NCBI GenBank assembly: GCA_040755995.1
Contig: JBFMAF010000032.1
Location: 33,296 to 97,295 of the forward strand
Reading direction: 5' to 3'
Length of the DNA: 64,000 bases
From: Acidobacteriota bacterium
GTDB taxonomy: Bacteria; Acidobacteriota; CAIWXX01
Shown: piece after piece, positions 9,927 through 18,745 of the stretch
How the letters are laid out: every line of letters begins with the position of its first letter
Numbering within the stretch: position 1 is the stretch's first letter
Notes under the pieces: generated by a model
Told to the model about the DNA's origin: nothing
The model's database searches: none
Seen by the model: the letters and a program-made list of their open reading frames with translations, nothing else
Position numbers and translations under genes: made by a program

Positions 9927-11314
9927 GGCTTCTCGCCCGCCGGGGCCATCTTGACCAGACGGGGATCGAAGCGCGCGACTGCCATCACCAGGTCCGCCTG
10001 GGCGGCCATCACATCGTCGATGTTCTTGTACGCCATCGGAGCCTCGTCGATCCCCGCCGAGAGCACAGTCACACCGCGATCGGCGAGGATTGCGCGGGCA
10101 TCCTTCCACGTGAACTGCTCCCGGGCTGCGGTGCGGCTCATCCTCCTGCCCGCGCCATGTGATGCGGAATCGAGCGAATCGGGATTGCCCGCGCCGCGCA
10201 CGACGTAGCCGGCCGTGGCCATCGATCCGGGGATGATCCCGAGTACCCCTCGCCCGGCCGGTGTCGCTCCCTTTCGGTGAACGATCACTTCCTGGCCGCC
10301 GTGGGTCTCCTTCCACGCGAAGTTGTGATGGTTCTCGATATCGAGCAAGACGGCGGCGCCGAGATGCCGCGCGACATACCGGTGGATCAGCTGGTGGTTG
10401 GCCGCAGCATACCGGCCCATCAGCTCCATGGCCACCCAGTACTCCTGACCCGTCTCGCTGTCGAGATCCAGCCAGGCCAGATAAGCGAGCTCGCGTGGAA
10501 GCTCAGGGTGCGCCGCCATCGCCGCCCTGCTGTAGTACTCGGCAACCGACGATCCAGCGCCGCGGCTGCCGCTGTGACTGAGTAGAGCCACGTACGACCC
10601 CGCCCTCAGACCGAGATCGTCGGCCGAAAGCGCCAGCGTGCCGAACTCGACGAAGTGGTTGCCGCTGCCGCTTGTCCCCAGTTGGCTCCAGGCCTTGTCC
10701 TTCAGATGCGCCGTCAACTTCGTGACCGACCAGTCCTCGTCCATGACGGCGTGTACCCGCCGCTTCTTGAAAATTGCACCGACCCCAAACTGGGTCTCAT
10801 CTTCGATCGCTCTCGCCAGGCGGTCCTGACGCCGGTCCAGCTCGCTCACCGGCAGGTCCAGAACCGTCATCTTCATCCGGCATGCGATATCGACTCCGAC
10901 GGCGTACGGAATCACGGCGTTCTTCGTTGCGAGCACGCCGCCGATCGGGAGGCCGTATCCCTGGTGAGCGTCCGGCATCAGCGCGCCCACAACCGATACC
11001 GGCAGCCAGCACGCGTTCCGCATCTGCGTGAGCGCCTGCTCGTCCAGCCCGCTCCCCCACTGCACGAACCGCGCGGGGCTCGCGCGCTCCTGGAAGCGCA
11101 GGCCGGACTCCCTGTAGTCGACCAGAGCGGATGCGAGCGCGCCGAACCGGGCGTCGCTGCTATAGTCAATTGGGCGTTCTACCAGCGCGCGGATCGCGGC
11201 TCTCACAGAATCCTTGTCCAACCCAGCGTCTCGGGCGGCAATCACAGCCCGTATGGCAAGCTGCATCGTCTCGCCTCTCGGGATACCGAGGTTCTCCAAC
11301 TCCCGCGGCTTCAT
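9905..11314 (-). CDS. rtcB: RtcB RNA 2',3'-cyclic phosphate/5'-OH ligase with N-terminal extension
   Basis: [66 protein letters not shown]. Confidence 0.97.
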   Translation of the reverse strand: MKPRELENLGIPRGETMQLAIRAVIAARDAGLDKDSVRAAIRALVERPIDYSSDARFGALASALVDYRESGLRFQERASPARFVQWGSGLDEQALTQMRNACWLPVSVVGALMPDAHQGYGLPIGGVLATKNAVIPYAVGVDIACRMKMTVLDLPVSELDRRQDRLARAIEDETQFGVGAIFKKRRVHAVMDEDWSVTKLTAHLKDKAWSQLGTSGSGNHFVEFGTLALSADDLGLRAGSYVALLSHSGSRGAGSSVAEYYSRAAMAAHPELPRELAYLAWLDLDSETGQEYWVAMELMGRYAAANHQLIHRYVARHLGAAVLLDIENHHNFAWKETHGGQEVIVHRKGATPAGRGVLGIIPGSMATAGYVVRGAGNPDSLDSASHGAGRRMSRTAAREQFTWKDARAILADRGVTVLSAGIDEAPMAYKNIDDVMAAQADLVMAVARFDPRLVKMAPAGEKPAARSSG

Positions 11315-11315
11315 C

Positions 11316-12338
11316 TCACCTCCCGCCGATCTCTACTTCACACACAGCTGGAGCGACAGGCGAGACCGTGATCTCCACGTCCAGAAACCGCCTCACGATC
11401 TCGATGTTGGTAGTCGTGTGGCGCGTGAGCTCGAGCGTTCGGAAGCAGCCGCCGCCGGCGAGCGCCATCGGGATCAAGAGCTGATCCGCGAGATGACGGC
11501 CGACAGGGACGCCGGCAGCAAGGTACTCCCGGACCTCCCGCACGACATCGCCCGCCACGGTTTCCGCCGGTTGCCCTTTTTCGCCAAACCCCGTGAACAG
11601 CTCGGTGACATGCTCGGATTCGATCTCGATCGTGAAGACGTTGCCTGGGCCGATCGATTCATCTACCTCGGTCACCTGGTAGCATTCACGCGGCCATGAG
11701 AGCTTTTCCTGCGCTACGCGCAGCTCGCGCTCGCCTATCGACCGCGGCAGCATCGCGACAGCAGCCCGTGCCATGCGCCGCCGGATCTCACCGCGCTCGG
11801 TCAGATCCACTCTCGTCAGCTTGCCGCCCGGCTGCACGCTGACCCTCATCCTGCCTCCGCCTGCCGGGTAGAACCCGGGTCTCTCCAACGACGCGTCGAC
11901 TCGGGCCCCCATCCGGTTCACGATCGGCAGGAATGCCTTGGCCAGGAAGTCGAACGGGGGCGCAAACGGATTGTGTGTGCCGCCTTCGAGCAGAATGTCG
12001 GAGGCTCCACCCGCAACGAGCAGCGCCGGCAAGACCGTCTGCAGCACGAGCGTGCAGCTGCCGGCTGTCCCGACCGCGAAGTGGAAATCACCGGATCGAG
12101 TCCTGGACGGCGCGAAGGTGAGCTGCATGGAGCCGATGGCGTCTCCTTCGACATCTGCGCCGCCGACCTCGGCCGCCGCCCGCACCGCAGTCAAGTGCTG
12201 GCGCATCAGACCGGGCTTCTTCCGACCCGCCCGGATGCGCTCGATCTTGAACGGCTTCCCGGTCACGAGCGAGAGCGCGAGCGACGTGCGCAGGATCTGG
12301 CCGCCGCCTTCGCCCGCGGAACCGTCAATCGTCATCAT
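11316..12338 (-). CDS. rtcA: RNA 3'-terminal phosphate cyclase
   Basis: IDGSAGEGGGQILRTSL, GLMRQHL, GGTHNPFAP, GFYPAGGG, HLADQLL, HTTTNI; GGAGG RBS. Confidence 0.97.
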   Translation of the reverse strand: MMTIDGSAGEGGGQILRTSLALSLVTGKPFKIERIRAGRKKPGLMRQHLTAVRAAAEVGGADVEGDAIGSMQLTFAPSRTRSGDFHFAVGTAGSCTLVLQTVLPALLVAGGASDILLEGGTHNPFAPPFDFLAKAFLPIVNRMGARVDASLERPGFYPAGGGRMRVSVQPGGKLTRVDLTERGEIRRRMARAAVAMLPRSIGERELRVAQEKLSWPRECYQVTEVDESIGPGNVFTIEIESEHVTELFTGFGEKGQPAETVAGDVVREVREYLAAGVPVGRHLADQLLIPMALAGGGCFRTLELTRHTTTNIEIVRRFLDVEITVSPVAPAVCEVEIGGR

Positions 12339-12429
12339 TGCGTGCGCTCCTCCCCGATGTGTCCTGCTGGGGGCTTCAGGCGTCCCTCGCAGCCCTGTGA
12401 CACTGAGTGAATCTATGCGATTCCCCATT

Positions 12430-12558
12430 GCGGCGACAAGTGTTGGTGAAACGCGTGCTCTGCCCGTTGAGCTACGGCCCCGCGATCGGTGGAGCCGGCG
12501 GGATTCGAACCCGCAACCACGTCGTCCAAAGCGATGTAATTCCACCGGCATTCGCCAC
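12430..12558 (-). ncRNA. yrlA: Bacterial Y RNA, YrlA type (circularly permuted tRNA-like domain on a Ro60-binding stem)
   Basis: Ends pair (GUGGCGA/UCGCCGC; GGUGGAA/UUUCACC); T arm GCGGG-UUCGAAU-CCCGC, then acceptor stem CGGCUCC/GGGGCCG closed by a loop, then UA and D arm GCUC-AACGGGCA-GAGC; lies between rsr and rtcA. Confidence 0.9.
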
Positions 12559-12565
12559 GATACCT

Positions 12566-12594
12566 CAGTTGCCATGCGTCGGTTGTCAGTTGTT
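12566..12594 (-). repeat. Degenerate CTGACAA heptamer array 5' of the long Y RNA
   Basis: Minus strand reads AACAA CTGACAA CCGACGC ATGGCAA CTG. Confidence 0.55.
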
Positions 12595-12616
12595 AACCCT
12601 TCACACTACCCGAAAT

Positions 12617-12709
12617 GTGGCGACAAGAGGTGGTGAGAGTTCCTGCGCGCATTTCGCGCGTGGGCTTCGAACCCGCCAGGTACCATGTACTCCCACCGGC
12701 ATTCGCCAC
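12617..12709 (-). ncRNA. Second, shorter Y RNA (93 nt): Ro60 stem, T arm and short hairpin, no D arm
   Basis: GUGGCGAAUGCCGGUGG identical to the first RNA; 3' end CUCUCACCACCUCUUGUCGCCAC pairs with it; GGG-UUCGAAG-CCC T arm; CGCGC-GAAAU-GCGCG hairpin; CCUG/CAGG closing helix. Confidence 0.82.
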
Positions 12710-12717
12710 GATAGCTA

Positions 12718-12740
12718 GTTGTCAGTTGTGGGTTGTCAGA
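12718..12740 (-). repeat. CTGACAA heptamer array between the rsr stop and the short Y RNA
   Basis: Minus strand T CTGACAA CCCACAA CTGACAA C. Confidence 0.65.
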
Positions 12741-12746
12741 GGATCC

Positions 12747-14300
12747 TCATAGCTCCACCTGCTCGATTACTCCCACCCAGTGATCAGCCTTCAGCTTGCC
12801 GTCGGCGAACAGCTTCACGATCTCGAAAACGCGGTCCGAGAAACCGCCGACGTTCAGAATGTCCTCACGCTCGCAGGCCTGGGTCGTGCCGTACGGCTGG
12901 ATGTCGATGCAGACCAGCCTGGCCGAAGGGTTCAGCTTCTTGAACCGGTTCCACTCGCGCATCGTCGCCGTCCCACGGCCGATACCGGCATCCACCCACG
13001 ACTGGTTGTCCGAGATGAATATGACCAGATCACCTCGAGCCCTCTCGCCGTTCAGGCGCCGCAGCGGAGCGCTGCAGTTGGTGCCGCCGCCGCCGATGCC
13101 GCCGAGCTTCTGCGCGTTGGTCATGACGCTGTCCCGCGGATTGAATCGAAACGGAACCACGTTATGCTCGAAGGGAAGCACCTGCGCAGTCGGGTTCTTG
13201 CGGACGATCGCCGCCGCGACCAGCGCGGCAACATCGATGCAACGGACGGCGCTGGTGGCGCCTTTGCGGTGGCCGGTGACGGAGGATCCCATCGAGCCCG
13301 AGACGTCCGGGCAGACAATAACTCTGCCTTCTACCCGAGGGACGTTCTCGATCGCGATCTCCATCGCATCCTGCAGGGCTTCACGAATCTCAGCCGGCAC
13401 ACCCTTCCTCGCCGCCTGGCACCCCATCAGCAGCTGGTACGGAAAGGCCCGCGCCTTTCTTATCGCATCGCGATCCCGCAAGCGGTCGGCCACGAAAGCG
13501 ACCATCTCGCGATCGGCAAACACGCCGTGACGGACGAACGTGTTCAGGTTCATGCGCGTCATCTGCCAGCCGCCCTGTCTTGCGATCTGAGTCCACTCGC
13601 GCCGGCCGAGGCTCAACCCCGTCAGCATCTCGAACGGGACATCCGGCGCCTCTCCTCGGGGATCGGCCTTGAACTCCTCGAACCTGCGTACGACCTCCGG
13701 CAGAGCCGTCGTGTCGACCTGGCGCCCGATCATGTAGCCATAGAGCGCCTCTCGACTCTTCGTCCTCGGCTTCGGATGGACCATCTTCACGATATCGGCC
13801 AGCGACGGGTCGTTGCCGACGCAGGCTCGAAAGACCGCCTCGTCCTCCCGCGCATCCAGCCAGTCACGCACGAGACGGCGCGGGAGCGTGCCCAGCGACT
13901 TGCGACCCGCAACGCCGGACCGAATGATCTGTACGAAGTTGCGGAGCATCTTGCCGTTGTCGATGACCCGTTCGAAGACGCGGCCGAGCAGCTCCGGGGA
14001 CCTGCTCGCAAGCACGGCACACAGGAGCGCCGGCATGTCCTTCATCGCCCCCTGCTCGCGCGCGTACACGGCCGTGCGGGCGACGAACTCCGCCGGGACC
14101 TTCGCGCAGAGGCTGCGAACGGTGTCCAGCTGCTCGCCGGCCGTAGCATAGAACGTCCGGTTCAGACAGCCCGTCGCAGTGTACTGCGCCAGCGCCTGCT
14201 GCGGAGTGAATGCGTAGGCCGGCGCCAATTCCTCGTTGACCGCCGTCGTCTCCCCGATCAACTTGCCCACCAGGCTCTTGAACAGCGTCTTGTTGGCCAT
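12747..14300 (-). CDS. rsr: Ro60/TROVE domain ribonucleoprotein (Rsr) with C-terminal vWA domain
   Basis: GCLNRTFYA, MKDMPALL, MLRNFVQIIRSG, RMNLNTF, FPYQL, MIDAS DVSGSM, GGGTNCS, FISDNQSW, GGFSD. Confidence 0.95.
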   Translation of the reverse strand: MANKTLFKSLVGKLIGETTAVNEELAPAYAFTPQQALAQYTATGCLNRTFYATAGEQLDTVRSLCAKVPAEFVARTAVYAREQGAMKDMPALLCAVLASRSPELLGRVFERVIDNGKMLRNFVQIIRSGVAGRKSLGTLPRRLVRDWLDAREDEAVFRACVGNDPSLADIVKMVHPKPRTKSREALYGYMIGRQVDTTALPEVVRRFEEFKADPRGEAPDVPFEMLTGLSLGRREWTQIARQGGWQMTRMNLNTFVRHGVFADREMVAFVADRLRDRDAIRKARAFPYQLLMGCQAARKGVPAEIREALQDAMEIAIENVPRVEGRVIVCPDVSGSMGSSVTGHRKGATSAVRCIDVAALVAAAIVRKNPTAQVLPFEHNVVPFRFNPRDSVMTNAQKLGGIGGGGTNCSAPLRRLNGERARGDLVIFISDNQSWVDAGIGRGTATMREWNRFKKLNPSARLVCIDIQPYGTTQACEREDILNVGGFSDRVFEIVKLFADGKLKADHWVGVIEQVEL

Positions 14301-14329
14301 CTCTCTTCTCCTGCTCGTTCATTCACCAC

Positions 14330-14346
14330 TGCATGGACCGTGCCAG
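14330..14346 (-). promoter_or_regulatory. Sigma54 (-24/-12) promoter of the rsr-Y RNA-rtcA-rtcB operon
   Basis: Minus strand CTGGCACGGTCCATGCA = GG-N10-GC, about 30 nt upstream of the rsr ATG; divergent rtcR. Confidence 0.88.
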
Positions 14347-14461
14347 CCGCAGCCGCATGACGGGGCTGTCCCGCAAAGGCCCGATTCTCAACGAGCTCCG
14401 GCTGGGCGGGCTCGCGTGGGGTTGAGAACACACCTATTCCATAGTATAATTCCTTATAGAG

Positions 14462-16078
14462 ATGGATAAAGTGACCAAACGAACCGTTCTTCTCGGGCTG
14501 CTCGGGCCGGTGCTCGACCGGAGCCAGGGGGCGACCCGCTGGGAGCTCTGGCGACCGTCGGTGGCCGCCTGCCAGCACGAGGATCTGCTGGTCGACCGCT
14601 TCGAGCTTCTCTATCAGCGACGCTACGAGAAGCTCGCGAAGGTCGTGGCGCAGGACGTCGGGTCCGTATCTCCGGAGACGCAGGTGCGCCTGCACATGGT
14701 GGATTTCGAGAACCCTTGGGATTTCGTCGAGGTCTACGGTGTGCTGCACGATTTCGCGAAGCACTATGTCTTTGATCCGGATCGCGAAGAGTACTTGATC
14801 CACATCACGACCGGAACGCACGTGGCCCAGATCTGCATGTTCCTGCTGACCGAGTCGCGCTACTTCCCGGCAAAGCTCATCCAGACCAGCCCGCCCAAGC
14901 GCCCCGAGAAGGGCGGCCCGGGCGAATACTCGATCATAGATCTGGATCTGTCCAAGTACGACCAGATCGCAATGCGGTTCCGGATGGAGGCGCGAGACGA
15001 CATCTCCATACTGAAGTCCGGCATCGAGACTCGCAATCGAGCCTTCAACGCCCTCATGGAACAGATCGAGCACGTCGCGGTCAGCTCCTCTGACCCGATT
15101 CTCCTGACGGGACAGACAGGGGCCGGGAAGAGTCACCTGGCCAGGCGCATCTTCGAGGTCAAGAAGGTCCGGCGCAAGCCGGAGGGCGAATTCGTGGAGG
15201 TCAACTGCGCGACGATCCGCGGCGATGCCGCCATGAGCGCGCTGTTCGGCCACAAGAGAGGCTCCTTCACCGGGGCCGTGCAGGACCGCGCGGGCCTGCT
15301 TCGGGCCGCAGACCGCGGCATGCTCTTCCTGGACGAGGTGGGCGAGCTCGGGCCGGACGAGCAGGCGATGCTGCTGAGGGCGGTCGAGGAGAAACGGTTT
15401 CTCCCGGTCGGAGCTGATCGCGAAGCCGAGAGCCGGTTTCAGTTGATCTGCGGCTCGAACCGCGATCTGCAGGCCGAGGTGGCTCGCGGCCGCTTCCGCG
15501 AGGATCTCCTCGCACGAATCGACCTCTGGACGTTTCGCCTGCCGGGGTTGCGGGAGCGGCCGGAGGACATCGAGCCGAATCTGCGCTACGAGCTGGACCG
15601 GTTCGCCGAGAGAAACGGCGCGCGCGTGACGTTCAACAAGGAGGCGCTCGGCCGTTTCCTGGAGTTCGCCACCTCGCCGGAGGCCAGCTGGACCGCCAAC
15701 TTCAGAGACCTGAACGGTGCCGTGGCTCGCATGGCAACGCTCGCCCCGGGCGGAAGGATCACGCCGGGGGTAGTCGAGACCGAAATCGTCCGGCTGCGTA
15801 GATCCTGGCGAAGCATAGAACCACCGTCCGGCGACTCAATCCTGACCGACGTGCTCGGGCCTAAACGCGCATCCCAGATCGATCTCTTCGACCAGGTTCA
15901 GCTCTGCGAGGTTCTCAGGCTCTGCCGCCGAAGCCGCACCCTGTCGGAGGCGGGTAGAAGCCTCTTCAACGTCTCACGTCATAAGAAGAGGTCCGTCAAC
16001 GACGCCGACCGGCTCAGGAAATACCTGGAACGGTTCGGGCTGAGCTGGGAGGACGTGACGTTCGATCGCGGCGCTTGA
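14462..16078 (+). CDS. rtcR: RtcR sigma54-dependent activator (CARF-like N-domain, AAA+ domain, HTH)
   Basis: RWELWRPSV, NPWDFVEVY, HITTGTHVAQIC, GQTGAGKS, GSFTGA, LFLDEVGEL, NDADRLRKYL. Confidence 0.96.
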   Translation: MDKVTKRTVLLGLLGPVLDRSQGATRWELWRPSVAACQHEDLLVDRFELLYQRRYEKLAKVVAQDVGSVSPETQVRLHMVDFENPWDFVEVYGVLHDFAKHYVFDPDREEYLIHITTGTHVAQICMFLLTESRYFPAKLIQTSPPKRPEKGGPGEYSIIDLDLSKYDQIAMRFRMEARDDISILKSGIETRNRAFNALMEQIEHVAVSSSDPILLTGQTGAGKSHLARRIFEVKKVRRKPEGEFVEVNCATIRGDAAMSALFGHKRGSFTGAVQDRAGLLRAADRGMLFLDEVGELGPDEQAMLLRAVEEKRFLPVGADREAESRFQLICGSNRDLQAEVARGRFREDLLARIDLWTFRLPGLRERPEDIEPNLRYELDRFAERNGARVTFNKEALGRFLEFATSPEASWTANFRDLNGAVARMATLAPGGRITPGVVETEIVRLRRSWRSIEPPSGDSILTDVLGPKRASQIDLFDQVQLCEVLRLCRRSRTLSEAGRSLFNVSRHKKRSVNDADRLRKYLERFGLSWEDVTFDRGA

Positions 16079-16158
16079 GAGAGGCGATTCATGGCCTGGG
16101 CACGGACCGAGATCCGTGCAATCGGGCCGGCACTGAGAGCCCTCGCCGCACCGCGTCG

Positions 16159-16176
16159 TTACTACATATGTAGTAA
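16159..16176. promoter_or_regulatory. Perfect 18-bp palindrome, BlaI/MecI/CopY-like operator
   Basis: TTACTAC-ATAT-GTAGTAA, AT-rich in a GC-rich background, upstream of a beta-barrel gene. Confidence 0.6.
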
Positions 16177-16301
16177 TGCCTGAGGCTGATCGCTGCGCCT
16201 GCAGGACGGCAGCCACGCCGTTCCTCGGGAATGTGACCGGCGTCACCGGCAACAGACTCGCGTGGAGTTACGATAAGAGTAGATGCATGCGGAAGGAGGG
16301 T

Positions 16302-17033
16302 ATGGTGATGGTGCCACAATTCAGTGTGTATGGACGATTGTTCGTCGCCGTCTGCGTTCTCGGGGTGGCCGCTTCGGGGACCTACCTCAGGGCGCAGAAG
16401 TTCGAGATGGGAGCGGGTTTCGTCGCGGGTGTGCCGGCGGGCGAATTCGGCGATTCGCTGGACGCGACGGGTTACGGCTTCTCCATCCGCTTCGGCTACC
16501 TGGTGGGCGACGGCCCCATCCGGGTCGGCGGGGATTTCGGCTTTCTGCGCTACGGCTCGGAGAAACACTCGGAGATCCTCTTGAGCGACATCCCGGACGT
16601 ACGAGTCGACGTCGAGACGACCAACAACATCCTCCTCGGCCACTTCTTCTTGCGGGCGCAGCCGCGAAGCGGCGCCGTCCGCCCTTACGCAGAAGCGCTG
16701 ATCGGCGTGAGCTACCTCTTCACCGACACCAGCATCCAGAACGAGCGCACCGGCGAGGAATTCGCCTCATCGATCAATCTCGACGACTCGGTGTTCTCGT
16801 ACGGGTTCGGTGGAGGTGTCGAGCTGGTGCTGTGGGACGGCATGAAGCGCGCCGGGACGCCCATACCCATACAGCTTCTGCTTGACGGCAGACTCCGCTA
16901 CCTGCGCGGCTCCAACGCGCGCTACCTCAAGGAAGGGTCCATCAGCCGCGAGAACGACCAGGTCACCTACGAGATCCTGGAATCGCGCACCGACCTGCTC
17001 CTGCCCGAGATCAGTCTCGCCTTGCGATTTTGA
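16302..17033 (+). CDS. Outer-membrane beta-barrel protein
   Basis: AAGGAGG RBS, signal peptide, alternating beta strands, RPYAEALIG, C-terminal ISLALRF. Confidence 0.78.
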   Translation: MVMVPQFSVYGRLFVAVCVLGVAASGTYLRAQKFEMGAGFVAGVPAGEFGDSLDATGYGFSIRFGYLVGDGPIRVGGDFGFLRYGSEKHSEILLSDIPDVRVDVETTNNILLGHFFLRAQPRSGAVRPYAEALIGVSYLFTDTSIQNERTGEEFASSINLDDSVFSYGFGGGVELVLWDGMKRAGTPIPIQLLLDGRLRYLRGSNARYLKEGSISRENDQVTYEILESRTDLLLPEISLALRF

Positions 17034-17140
17034 TTCCGTGTAGCCACGAGGGCTCGGCCGAACGACGCAGCGAATGGTCCTGTAGCAGGCGCGTCAGCGA
17101 GCTGGTACACTATGGCGCGCATCTCTGGAAAGGTGGACCC

Positions 17141-18556
17141 ATGATGGAAAGCACCAATTCGCAGTCGCGCGGCGCGTTGAAAGAGACTATCGACGAGCTC
17201 GCCACCACCGTTCGAGCGTTCGTCCGGTCGCCCAGGGCGTTGTGGGGCGTGAACATCCCCTATTTCCTCGAAGGCATCGCCTACTTCGGCGTTCTCACGC
17301 TGTTGATGAAGTACCTCTCGGAGAACCTGGTGCTCGGCGACGTCCGCGCCGGTGTCGTTGTGTCGCTGTTCACCGGAGGCATCACCTTCGCCATGTTCTT
17401 CCTGGGCGAGATGGGAGACCGATACGGGCTGCGGCGCATTCTGTTGCTCTCCATAGCTCTGATGGCCTTCGGGCGCATCTTCATCACGCTGGCGGGGTGG
17501 ATGCAGGGCGGGAGCTTCGGGTCCCCTGCCTTCATGCTCACGGCACTCAGCCTACTCATAGTGGTCGTGGGATTCGGTATGTTTCAGCCTGCGCTCTTTT
17601 CCGCGGTGAAGCAGTTCACAGATCCCAAGACCACGGCCGTCGCCTTCGGCGTCATCTACGGTCTGAACAACCTCGGCGCCTTCGTCGCCGGGGCGATCTC
17701 GCCCGAGATCCGCGGGATCTCATCGAACATCTTCCCGCCGAACGGCATCAACGGGGTGTTCGCCGTCTACACGGTGTTGACGTTCTGCTCGATCGCGATC
17801 ACCGCGCTCATCCTGAGGCCGGCCATGGTGAAGGCCGCGCTGGCGAGCCGGCCGGAAGGGGCGAAGCAGGAGGAGCAGGCGCGGGCCGAGGCGAAGCCGC
17901 GCATCATGTCGGCGCGTTGGTTCGCCGAGCACCCTATGCGCGACGCGCGGTTCAGCTTCTTCATATTCATTCTCATCCCTGTGCAGACGTTGTTCGCCCA
18001 CACGTGGCTGACGCTGCCCCTGTACATCAACCGCGCGTTCGTGCCCTGGGTCAGCACGCGATTCGAGTTTTTTACGAACCTGAGCCCGCTGGTGGTCTTC
18101 CTGCTCGCACCGCTGGTCGCGGCGCTGACCGCGAAGCGCGACGCTCTGAAGATGATCCAATGGGGCACGCTGGTGATGGCCCTGCCTGCCTTTTTCCTGG
18201 CGCTGGGGCCGTCGCCGGGGACTCTGTTCGCCTACATCATTTTCATGACCGTCGGCGAATCGATGTGGCAGCCGCGCTTCTACCACTATCTGACCGAGAT
18301 CGCGCCTCCTGGAAAGACCGGCGCGTACATCGGCATCGGGCAACTCCCATGGTTTCTCACGAAGCTCCTCACGGGCCTCTACGCCGGTTGGTTTCTGGCG
18401 AACTTCTGCCCAGCCGGTGCCCCGCAGCACACAGAGAGGATGTGGTTCATCTACGCGTGCATCGCGATGGTCTCGCCCGTAGCTCTTCTCCTCACCCGGA
18501 AGTGGCTCCGGCACGGGGCCAGAGCTTCAGCGGGCGTTGCCTCGCAGACTAGCTGA
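17141..18556 (+). CDS. MFS transporter (POT/oligopeptide-like)
   Basis: About 12 TM segments; YFLEGIAYFG, GEMGDRYGLRR motif A, TVGESMWQPR. Confidence 0.85.
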   Translation: MMESTNSQSRGALKETIDELATTVRAFVRSPRALWGVNIPYFLEGIAYFGVLTLLMKYLSENLVLGDVRAGVVVSLFTGGITFAMFFLGEMGDRYGLRRILLLSIALMAFGRIFITLAGWMQGGSFGSPAFMLTALSLLIVVVGFGMFQPALFSAVKQFTDPKTTAVAFGVIYGLNNLGAFVAGAISPEIRGISSNIFPPNGINGVFAVYTVLTFCSIAITALILRPAMVKAALASRPEGAKQEEQARAEAKPRIMSARWFAEHPMRDARFSFFIFILIPVQTLFAHTWLTLPLYINRAFVPWVSTRFEFFTNLSPLVVFLLAPLVAALTAKRDALKMIQWGTLVMALPAFFLALGPSPGTLFAYIIFMTVGESMWQPRFYHYLTEIAPPGKTGAYIGIGQLPWFLTKLLTGLYAGWFLANFCPAGAPQHTERMWFIYACIAMVSPVALLLTRKWLRHGARASAGVASQTS

Positions 18557-18683
18557 CAACGCATCGGCCGCGAGCTCAATCTAGCCGAGACTCGGCGTGA
18601 GACGTCCAGCAGCCTGGCCCACCGAGCGGAGATGATCACGGTCGTTCCACGGCTTCTCGTCTCTGAACCGTAAGAATTGGGTA

Positions 18684-18745
18684 TGTGACGATAATCACAC
18701 CCTCGCCAACGGGTGATTGACATCGCCCGACGCTGCTCTTATTTT
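18684..18745 (+). promoter_or_regulatory. CRP/FNR-family site upstream of a sigma70 promoter
   Basis: TGTGA-CGATAA-TCACA (18684-18699); TTGACA (18717) -17 nt- TATTTT (18740). Confidence 0.6.

Noticed and set aside
12430..12558. Canonical tRNA gene (GGTTCGAATCC T loop)
   Set aside because: Arms are in permuted order with the acceptor stem closed by a loop and embedded in a Ro60 stem; fits a Y RNA
12339..12575. 79-aa N-terminal extension of RtcA in the ORF track
   Set aside because: Overlaps the Y RNA; RBS and conserved start are at 12338
12542..12713. CRISPR mini-array (21-nt direct repeat)
   Set aside because: Only two copies, 130-nt structured spacer, no cas genes; explained by duplicated Y RNA 5' ends
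12780..14360. Long antisense or alternate-frame ORFs (also 33183-35087, 39815-41569, 49125-51185, 20020-21729)
   Set aside because: Shadow ORFs of real genes in high-GC DNA, with no motifs
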